A stretch of 64,000 nt of DNA from Tubiluchus corallicola (taxonomy: Eukaryota; Animalia; Priapulida), in contig JAQGDQ010000726.1 of NCBI GenBank assembly GCA_030141605.1, forward strand, positions 1-64,000, given 5' to 3'. Position 1 is the stretch's first letter. Every line of letters starts with the position of its first letter. The position numbers and the translations under genes were made by a program. Positions 53,854 to 64,000 of this stretch are shown here, in pieces. The notes under the pieces were generated by a model. It ran no database searches. It had not been told where the DNA came from and saw only the letters and a list, made by a program, of their open reading frames with translations.

Positions 53854-54308
53854 CTTGTATTGAATTACTAGTATTACTGAATTACTAATACTAGAGCAAT
53901 CTTGTACCTGAAGCACAATTTACAGGTTCTGTAGAGCAATCTTGTACCTGAAGCACAATTTACAAGTTCTGTAGAGTAATCATGTACCATAGAGAGCTTG
54001 GAATAAATGGTCGTATATAATAATAAAACTACATAAAACTAAGGTCGTACAAACGTACATGTATACAAACCTAGTACAACGTCTTACATAAAACTAAGGT
54101 CGTAAAAACGTATTTTAGTGAGATTAAAAATAAATGCTAAAAGTTTAATGAAATCTGAGTATATAAAAAAATTAACTAAGTAAAAGCTCACGCATGTAAA
54201 AAGGTAAGTTAAAGTTTTAATAATTTCAATAACGAAAACCTAGTATAAACCTAGGCAATGAAAACTTTGCTTCCCCACATATTTGAGGTTTTAGCGATGA
54301 TGACATCA

Positions 54309-55190
54309 TTAAACACAGCTACGTTGATTAACTGTATTGAAAGTAAGAGCTTCCCCACTATTTTGCCCCTGCTGTCCACCAGGCCACGCAAATCGAAAAG
54401 CAAGGATGAGAACAGGTCGTACAACTAGATTGCCTTCGCGCATAAGGTGAAACACCGGCAACATATAACTCACCCACGCAATTTCAAAGAAATGTTGTAC
54501 TATTTCACCAACAAAAATGGGCGTGACTAAAATAACAAATGCTAGGGAGATGAGTCCGACACCGATGTGGTGTTTCGTGGTGGCTTCGTAATCGTAGACA
54601 TTGTTGCTCTTTCTCACCAGTTTGCAGATGATGAACAGCCACAGTGCAAAAAATGCCAAAAACGGTAACACTAGGCTAACCAAGAAAGGCACCCACATTG
54701 ATGCACTGGCCCAAGTGTGGTCCATCATCCATGTGCAATCTGTGTGAGTTTCCGAAGTTTTCACTGTGGTGGCTACAAACAACATGAAGGTGAATATGGC
54801 AGCACCACTGATCCACAATGAAGGTAAAACCAAAACATACCACCAGCGCAATGTGGTTTTTCCAGTAGAAAGTGCAATCAGTTTATCCACAACTAATGTG
54901 ATGATGGTACAAGCAGATACGAACCAATGAATTCGAGTGATGTAAATGTCAGCCTTGCAAGTCGACTCGCTGAATTTCCACGTGTTGTTGAAGACATAAC
55001 TTATATATAGTGACAGAAGAACAGCTTTTAACAGGTCGCATACGGCCATGTTTGTCACAATGATTCCTGTGTTGGTGAGAGTTTTCTTCTTCAAGACCCA
55101 AACTAAGTGAACAATGATGACACCAAGGTTCAAACAAATGGAAACAACTGCTATAATGGTTAAAATGGAGGCATAAGTAACACTCTCCAT
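54309..55190 (-). CDS. Intronless class A orphan GPCR, copy 2
   Basis: 293 aa from MESVTY; tandem duplicate (units 52505-53990 and 53991 to about 55325). Confidence 0.92.
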   Translation of the reverse strand: MESVTYASILTIIAVVSICLNLGVIIVHLVWVLKKKTLTNTGIIVTNMAVCDLLKAVLLSLYISYVFNNTWKFSESTCKADIYITRIHWFVSACTIITLVVDKLIALSTGKTTLRWWYVLVLPSLWISGAAIFTFMLFVATTVKTSETHTDCTWMMDHTWASASMWVPFLVSLVLPFLAFFALWLFIICKLVRKSNNVYDYEATTKHHIGVGLISLAFVILVTPIFVGEIVQHFFEIAWVSYMLPVFHLMREGNLVVRPVLILAFRFAWPGGQQGQNSGEALTFNTVNQRSCV

Positions 55191-55228
55191 CTTGTATTGA
55201 ATTACTAGTATTACTGAATTACTAATAC

Positions 55229-57015
55229 TAGAGCAATCTTGTACCTGAAGCACAATTTACAGGTTCTGTAGAGCAATCTTGTACCTGAAGCACAATTTAC
55301 AAGTTCTGTAGAGTAATCATGTACCTGATGCACAATTTACCAGTTCTGTAGAGTAATCACGTAACTGAAGCACAATTTACAAGTTCTGTAGAGCAATCGT
55401 GTACCTGAAGCACAATTTACAAGTTCTGTAGAGTAATCATGTACCTGATGCACAAATTACCAGTTCTGTAGAGTAATCACGTAACTGAAGCACAATTTAC
55501 AAGTTCTGTAGAGCAATCGTGTACCTGAAGCACAATTTACAAGTTCTGTAGAGCAATCTTGTACCTGAAGCACAATTTACAAGTTCTGTAGAGTAATCGT
55601 GTACCTGAAGCACAATTTACAAGTTCTGTAGAGTAATCACGTACCTGATGCACAATTTACAAGTTCTGTAGAGCAATCATGTACCTGAAGCACAATTTAC
55701 AAGTTCTGTAGAGTAATCATGTACCTGATGCACAATTTACCAGTTCTGTAGAGTAATCACGTAACTGAAGCACAATTTACAAGTTCTGTAGAGTAATCGT
55801 GTACCTGAAGCACAATTTACAAGTTCTGTAGAGTAATCACGTAACTGAAGCACAATTTACCAGTTCTGTAGAGTAATCACGTAACTGAAGCACAATTTAC
55901 AAGTTCTGTAGAGCAATCGTGTACCTGAAGCACAATTTACAAGTTCTGTAGAGTAATCATGTACCTGATGCACAATTTACCAGTTCTGTAGAGTAATCAC
56001 GTAACTGAAGCACAATTTACAAGTTCTGTAGAGCAATCGTGTACCTGAAGCACAATTTACAAGTTCTGTAGAGCAATCTTGTACCTGAAGCACAATTTAC
56101 AAATTCTGTAGAGTAATCGTGTACATGAAGCACAATTTACAAGTTCTGTAGAGTAATCACGTACCTGATGCACAATTTAACAGTTCTGTAGAATAATCAC
56201 GTACCTGAAGCACAATTTACAAGTTCTGTAGAGTAATCATGTACCTGATGCACAATTTACCAGTTCTGTAGAGTAATCACGTAACTGAAGCACAATTTAC
56301 AAGTTCTGTAGAGTAATCGTGTACCTGAAGCACAATTTACAAGTTCTGTAGAGTAATCACGTAACTGAAGCACAATTTACAAGTTCTGTAGAGTAATCGT
56401 GTACCTGAAGCACAATTTACAAGTTCTGTAGAGTAATCATGTACCTGATGCACAATTTACCAGTTCTGTAGAGTAATCACGTAACTGAAGCACAATTTAC
56501 AAGTTCTGTAGAGCAATCGTGTACCTGAAGCACAATTTACAAGTTCTGTAGAGCAATCTTGTACCTGAAGCACAATTTACAAGTTCTGTAGAGTAATCGT
56601 GTACATGAAGCACAATTTACAAGTTCTGTAGAGCAATCGTGTACATGAAGCACAATTTACAAGTTCTGTAGAGCAATCGTGTACATGAAGCACAATTTAC
56701 AAGTTCTGTAGAGTAATCACGTACATGAAGCACAATTTACAAGTTCTGTAGAGTAATCGTGTATCCGAAACACAATTTGCAAGTTCTGTAGAGTAATCTT
56801 GTACATGAAGCACAATTTACAAGTTCTGTAGAGTAATCTTGTACCTGATGCACAATTTACAAGTTCTGTAAAGTAATCACGTACCTGAGGCACAATTCAC
56901 AAGTTCTCTAGAGAAACCATGTACCTGGAGCACAATCTGCAAGTTCTCTAGAGTAGTCATGTACCTGGAGCACAATTTACAAGTTCTGTAGAGTAATCAT
57001 GTACCTGAAGCACGA
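55229..57015. repeat. 40-bp tandem satellite, about 44 copies, directly 5' of GPCR copy 2 (about 2.4 copies at 53892-53988)
   Basis: Consensus gagtaatcgtgtacctgaagcacaatttacaagttctgta. Confidence 0.97.
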
Positions 57016-57356
57016 TCCAAAAGTACTGATGAGCAATCATCAATACCAAGTCAATAACAATCTTTAGTTGTTCTTCCACATTCAATGTAAATCATTATGA
57101 CTCTCTAGAATAGATAACGTCTTTCATATCACTGCTCAACTGTTCTAGCAGCGGAAAGAAGACAGCTGTTTGCACAACGTCGCTCTTCATTCACTTTAAG
57201 AAGCAAAAAATGAGAGCAGTCTGTGTTTCTCATAGAGAAACTTGATCTGAGTGATTTTAAAAGCCCTGGAACATGTTTACCCTTTACTGGAGAGTGACTG
57301 TGACGGGTTGCTGTAAACATAAGCATCCGTTACATTATGAACTGCAATCCAGATTT

Positions 57357-57686
57357 CTGGTAGATTTTTATGCGTCTCTGTGAAAGTATTGGTTACACAA
57401 ATATGACTTAAAGAAGAAGAAGAAGAATCACTTTATTTCACACACATGGACAGTATTAGTGCAATATCAACAACATCAAGTAGTGCAGACATTGAAAAAT
57501 TGTTTAATTTTAAATATTTAATTTAACTTTAATTTTAAGCATTTAATTCTAAAAACTTAGAATTGATAATACCTCTTTAAAACATAATAAAATGAAAAGT
57601 AGTTAAGCTATAAAGGTGCATATGAACTTACTGTTTACCTATTTTGCTACAGGATAACTGTATATAAACGATTTTGAATTATAGGA

Positions 57687-57721
<35 letters not shown>

Positions 57722-57750
57722 GTGTATATATGTACATTTAACTTTGCATG

Positions 57751-57817
<67 letters not shown>

Positions 57818-58172
57818 TTGTTATTATATATATATATTTCTTAATTCATATAATATATATATGTATATATATTTTAACTTTGCATGTTATATATATATAT
57901 ATATATATATATGTATACGTATACGAGTAAAATATAATATATGAGTAAAAATACGTAAAAGTAAAGTATAATTATGTTAAAATTCATTGAGCTATACAAC
58001 GTATGATATCAAATATTTTGTTAAAGACTTACTTATAATAATAAATGATTTTACTTGCCAGTGTTTGTATCAAAGTTTATAAGTGTAAAGTTTCTATTAC
58101 TTGCTTGTACACAAATTTGTGCAGGCTAGAAACTTGCCAAGCATGTAAGCATTGCGTGGGAAGAGATATAAC
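57357..58172. repeat. Dispersed AT-rich repeat with internal (TA)n, copy 2
   Basis: Homologous to 12540-13364 in the same orientation. Confidence 0.9.
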
Positions 58173-59264
58173 GTTTCCTCACACACAAGAAGTTCGTGAG
58201 TTACGTGGATTAGGATTACGGTTAATGTGTTTAAATTGCCTGGGGAATTGTAAACTTCTTCCAAAAATTCATTCTCGTCTAAATAATAACACCAATAAAA
58301 AGTCGTTTTCTGGGTGACTAATACTATACCCCATTTTTGAGTCACAATGAATGTTTCTCCCCTCTAGTGACAACATATTCAAAACTAAAAGTCGGTTAGG
58401 GTGAGAAAATATAGAACAAACAAAGTGAGAAGCTCAAACTGGTCCGTTCCACAGTTAAACAACATCAAATTCTTAAGATTGATTACCACTTACCTTGTAG
58501 GCGTCACTAATGGCAGTTCTGCACTCAATAAGGTGGCGGTTAGAACAGCTAACTATTTTCACTTCTGCCCACCAGCTTCCAAATAAGTGGCCCACAATAT
58601 AAATTGGCAAGTAAAATATTCAGCCACCTTCAACTAATTCCGCCAGGACTACTCATAGATGTAACTAACACTAAAGTGCTATTATGTGACATCATCCATT
58701 TTGCTAGTAAAACCATAGCAACACGTTTGTAATAGTACTATGGCAACCGTCGTCATGACACAAGTAGGAGAATATCCATTGATGATCGTTGTGATGTGGT
58801 GAAGAAGAATCATTGTAGGAAACAAATACAAGTAAGAAGATTTCGTACATTAGATCGGGCAAAAACTAAAATTATCAACATCTCTTCTTCTTAGAGCACT
58901 AGGGGAAACTTTTGAAACGACAAAAAACCCTAGAGGAGGTCAGCTACTGACGTATATACGGCAAAAAGATGAGTGAGGAGGCATCGTGAGCAGTGGCGGT
59001 AGACAGGAACACGTGGCGTCAATAGTTGGGGCAGACCATGTTTTTCTAAAATGTAGCAGGACCTAGATAACGACGAATAGGAATATCTGAGTAGCTTAGT
59101 GACATGAAGTTACAAAGATGAACAGCCAGGGACAAAAGAAAACCAATAAGATTATGGTAAAATAAAGATAACTTAGGCTTACAATATACTGGCAAAACTA
59201 AGGCTGCTGCAACACGTACGTTGTTAGTGCTGTTTTCCGAAATTACAGCAAAACTAGCCATTAA

Positions 59265-59721
59265 CCCTTTCATTCCCTTTGTATCCCGTGGGATACGAGA
59301 ATATTTTCTGCCTTTAAAATCAATAAAATTTTAAAACTGACAGTTATTTGATCTGTCAATACTTATTTTGATTTAAGCCAATAACAATAGACTAAAAATG
59401 GTTATAAAATGGCAAACTAGAAAATCTGCATAGCATAAACGCTGTGCAAGGTACAGTACTTTAGAGAGGACTTTGTACAGATCAGCATAGCATGCATGCT
59501 AAATGTCTTAAATACTTTACAAAATTATCAGCAGTTGCTAAATGAAGCACATTTTATGCTTCCATTGAATCTCAATGTATCCCGTGCGAACAGGCTATAT
59601 TTAGCACGCGGGCACAGGTAGAAAAAAATAATTATTATGTGTAAACAAGATGGACATACTTAACAAAACTACCAAGCTAAAAAAATGTTCTTATTAAAAA
59701 CATAATTTGGGACTGAAAGGG
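59265..59721. mobile_element. piggyBac-type MITE, 457 bp
   Basis: TTAA|CCCTTTCATTCCC ... GGGACTGAAAGGG|TTAA: 13-bp TIR with 12/13 match and a TTAA TSD; no ORF. Confidence 0.9.
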
Positions 59722-60213
59722 TTAAACAGAGAGGCTTTTCAATACCAAATTTCATTTGTCAGAAATCACATTGGCTATAAGAGCATCTAGCACTTTAATT
59801 TCTATGCGTTAAAGCAGATGCTGTTGCACGCCTCGGATAGCGAAAAAAGTTTTTGTAAAAGTGTACACTGTCAGGGCTGCTGTAGATAGTTTGACGTCAT
59901 AGGCAAAAGTATTTTAGTGCCGTCAACGGTCAATCGTTCTTCAATAATTCCATTCACCTGCATATAAAATTGAATTTTTGTTACGCGAAGTACTATGTAT
60001 ACTTTTAAGTATACAAATGTATAACGTATATTTATGTTTAGTATACATTATACGCATATTAATGTATAAATTTTACTGAAATGTTAAACATGTGCTTAGT
60101 GTAATATCGTGCTTGTTATAATATAATACCTATAACAAGCTTTAAATTTTTTTAAAAAAATTCCATCATATCAGCGTATAGATATTATAGGTACATTTAA
60201 TACAACTCATTTA

Positions 60214-60619
60214 TAGGGGTGAGCATTCTCTACCAGAAAGCGAATTCGAATCGAACCGAATTTGTGACTTTCGAATTCGAATCGAACCGAACGTCAGTGT
60301 TTCGAATTCTAACCGAATTCGAATTGAGATTGAACGATTTTCGAACAAGTTTTCGAACCACCAGTAAAAATTAGTCTTACAAAGATCATGTGTATCACTA
60401 GATTTTGTTCTGCAATAAAATGACTAGTAATTTGTTTAAAATTGTGCACAGAAATCACAGCTAAATTATGTTAATAGCATGATGTTTCAATCATTTTAAT
60501 GATCAGGAACATGTGTGATTGATGTGCTGAATTATTCGAATCTATAGTTTTGGATTCGAATCGAGTTCGAACTAAAAAACTCGTTCGAATCGAATTCGAA
60601 CGTTCGAAGCTCACCCCTA
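60214..60619. mobile_element. hAT-type MITE, 406 bp
   Basis: CTCATTTA|TAGGGGTGAGC ... GCTCACCCCTA|CTCATTTA: 11-bp perfect TIR, 8-bp TSD, many subterminal TTCGAA motifs. Confidence 0.93.
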
Positions 60620-63600
60620 CTCATTTATATGTCACTCTACTATTCTATAAATTAATAAAATGATATTTTGTAGGAATTCTGATCACAATTACATGTTTCA
60701 TATGCAGTCTGCATATGAGCGAGTATATTTCGTTGTTAGTCATAAATTTTTTAACTGTCATTTTTCTTCTTTATCTATGAACTCATTCAGGACCAGAAGT
60801 ACATTATTTCATTCAGAGTACATTATTTCACAAGCTGACCGCTAGTTGGCAGGCCGTCACTTTGTTTACATCATGTACATCAGTGTAACCACGTGTAGAT
60901 CTCTACGTATAAAAATATAGAATCAATTGTTCAGAGTTGTTTGAGTCAATTGCAGACAGTTTCTATATACTTTTGCATAGAGCGGCCAGTACTTTGAGAA
61001 AATTAGGTATCATGTATCCTTGATAGTTGGGTATTTTAAATTATGCATGAAACAAGGTAACTGATATTTTAAGTCCACTTAGAGGCTCTCTATGGTCACA
61101 AAATTGCAATTTGAACATAAGTGTTTTCTGCACTTGGCATGTAACAGTATGAAGAAATTCTAAATCTAAGTGCAATTAGACACACTTTATCATTAACATT
61201 TCTATCATTTTTCCTAGGTTTATAAACAAGAGCACGTTTTCAGTGCACAAGGTAAGATTTAGGTAACTTAGGTAAGTAACACTTTAACAACTTAATAAGT
61301 AGCTATGCAAACAATGTTAACAATAACAACAACAAGTGGTTATTCAAATGATGTTAACAACAAATGATGTTATACAATAATAACAAACACAGCAATACTA
61401 AACAATTCAAAATGTATTTACAAGATTTCTTCTTGTTCAGAAGAAGGGTTTCTCCCACTTGTTCAAGGAGGGAGGCGAAGATTCGATGACAACACTTTCT
61501 TATTAATTTAATGCAGCATTTACTCATCTTCATGTGTCAACTGTTCTCCAGCTATTGACATGTGAAAAACAACTCATCATAGTGCTATAGTGCTGTGAGT
61601 TTATTTTCAGGTTCTGGATCAGTATCTTCACCTCCAGCTGCTGTCCATGCAATGGATCTTTGCCTGGAACCATCTTCGGAATTGCTCCAGTTGCAGCTGT
61701 TGGGATGGCTCCATGTGCTGGGGTAGCTGGAATATGTAGTTGCTGCTCATAGTCCGGTTTCCCGTTGTTAGCCCTCAGAACTATGGTCCATATTTGTCAC
61801 TCCTGGCTCTGATGAGTCCTTGCTTGGCTGCATTGGCTGGAATAGTTGTCCAGTCCCTAAGTCATGACCTTTGAGGTCGCCCTCCCACGGCGGCATGTAA
61901 AGAATAGTCTTGTCACTTGTGGTTGTAGTGGTGGCCATGCCGAAACAAGGTTAACAATCGTCTGGATTCCAAATTAGCAGTACCAATACTGTCCATATAT
62001 TTAGCATTCAGTGTGAACAAGAACAGAGTAATTGTGTCACTTGGTTTGCAGCCTTGTACTAAGCAAACTGATTTCTTTTCCAAGCAGAGCAACTGTATCA
62101 CCTGGTTTGTAGCTTTGTAGATACAAAACAGTTTTTTTCCAAATAAAGTCCTAGCACAATTTCCTTCGTTCCATAAACTTGTATAAAATGCAGAATTTTC
62201 TACTCGCATTTAGTCACATTTTTTTCAAATTAATTGTATTATAACTGCACGTGTGTTGCAAGATAAATAAAAAAGATTACGCTTATGATTCATACTGATC
62301 TTGGAAGTTTACTTTGTTGAGTTCGAATGATTTCACTTATAAATGCAGTTAAGCCACGTCGAGGTGAGACCGGGATTTAACTGCTATTGAGAAAATAAAA
62401 TTGAATTGAATTGGGGATGGTTGTAGCATTTCGTTTTTCGTACTTTTTCTCTTGTAAATACGTAAACGCTTAGTGACTGTGTTACGGACAAGAGCCAAAA
62501 TACACAAAGCCTGTCGTGAAGCTTCACGATTCACCGGCCGTAAAGAAGCCAATGTGAATTAATTTACGTATAGCTGTAGGAACTGGTTTGAGGAGTTAAC
62601 CTAGTTAAACACGATAGTTGTTGAGTTGAGATGGAACAGAAAAAATGTATATTGCGCCTTCGAAAAAAGAATAAATTCAGCGTTATGGTAGAAGGAAAAG
62701 CTTTCGTTTTTGTTTTACTGTCGTCGCAAAAGTCACCACGATGAAGCCCTCTACATGTACTTATTAACAATGTAAGAGATTACGAAGCTGTAGAGACATC
62801 AACAAAAGATGTAACTAAAAACGCCTCACTCGGGGTATCATAACTGCCACTGTTTCATTTTGCCCTAGGTTTTCTGACAAGAGTTTTTCCGATGGTCCAG
62901 CAGAACGTTCATTTATAGAAACTGTGAAAGTTATTTGTGAAGTTGTAATTGAACACTTTGTAGAAAACAACTAAACACTAGATTGCATGTTTGCACAAAA
63001 ACTGAAACACTTTTCTTACAATAAATACACAGTAAAATGCACAAGTAAAATGAAGATCACAACTGCTGCACAGCACTGAGTGTGTGACAGAGAGACAGTG
63101 TGTCCCATGAGTTGCACGACTGCACTGCCTGAGAGCCTGAGACAGAGAGTGACTAGCAGTGAAATCTAGCCAGTTTATATAGGTAGAGAACTATGCAAAA
63201 ACTTGGCTTCACATATCCCATTACAGTGAAAATAGGGGAGATCCTGTGAGTTTGAATATTCACTGGACCGAACAGTTGTGATAAGGGGTGAATTGAACTA
63301 GTAAATGTTAAAGTGACTACTCAATAGATGGCAGCACCTAAAATATACAGTTACAACTTTCGCAGAAACAAACCAATATACAAGTACTACGTGCCAGCTG
63401 TTGCTGAACAATGAAATTTCATATTTTTCTGAAAAAATATTGACAAAGTTTTTAACAGCAAAATTATTCAATATAATTACGCAGGCAGGCACTGAAAATT
63501 TAGTTTCGTCTCACCATTTAATTTAAACTAAAATTCTTTCAGCATATAAGTGCCAGATCGGTACGGAAAATAAACAATATTTATCTCAAATGCAGTGAGC

Positions 63601-64000
63601 GATAATTAAAGAAATATGAATGAATTAATTTAGAAAAAAAATTGTTGGCTTTGTTAGAAAAATTAACAATAAGACCTCCAAAGTTTATGTTGTCATAAAT
63701 GCTACGTGCTTTAATTACAGCTTTACGTGAAACACAGAACTTGCACATACTTGTTACAGTAAAAAATAACAAAATATTTAATAAACATAGGTTAATGTTT
63801 CTTAATAATAAACTAGATACTGAAAATAAAATATGTTAGACAGGTATACAATTACAGCATTTAGGACAACGATTTACACACAATTTTTTCCAACCCTTAT
63901 AATATTAAAACTACAAGAAATTATGGCAAGACTGGAAACCAAGACAGAGCAAATGAAAGATGAAGTCAAGCTTTAGTAAACCTTGGTAGGTTGCAATTTC

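Noticed and set aside
53854-53916. N-terminal extension MLQVQDCSS of the GPCR ORFs
   Set aside because: It starts at GTG within the 40-bp satellite; the first ATG is at MESVTY.
58660-59250. Possible solo LTR (TGTAAC start, AATAAA) or RFX-like sites; similar LTR-like look at 11909-12540
   Set aside because: No matching TSD or second copy; the motifs are too short to support a call.

Overview
AT-rich, intron-containing animal (invertebrate-like) genomic DNA with no prokaryotic features. All recognisable host genes are on the minus strand. (1) A tandem segmental duplication (about 2.6-10.9 kb and 14.6-24.5 kb) carries two spliced trypsin-fold (S1A) proteases. Both have an intact His/Asp/Ser triad, an R|LHGG activation site and a GPI-type tail, but have lost almost all canonical disulfides and differ mainly in substrate-contacting loops. 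Between them lie an orphan chimeric terminal exon and an ankyrin/FEM1-like ORF. (2) A degraded LRR-GPCR-like relic and a BEL/Pao integrase relic between direct repeats. (3) A multi-exon gene of calcium-binding EGF modules and three C-type lectin-like domains (about 32-44.5 kb) with live, dead and duplicated EGF exons. (4) A Ty3/Gypsy RT fragment running directly into a 59-bp satellite, followed by a compound hexamer microsatellite and a LINE relic. (5) Two tandem intronless atypical class A GPCRs with a 40-bp satellite at their 5' side. (6) A piggyBac-type and a hAT-type MITE with intact TIRs and TSDs. Exon structures were read by hand from splice signals and frame continuity; no database search was run.
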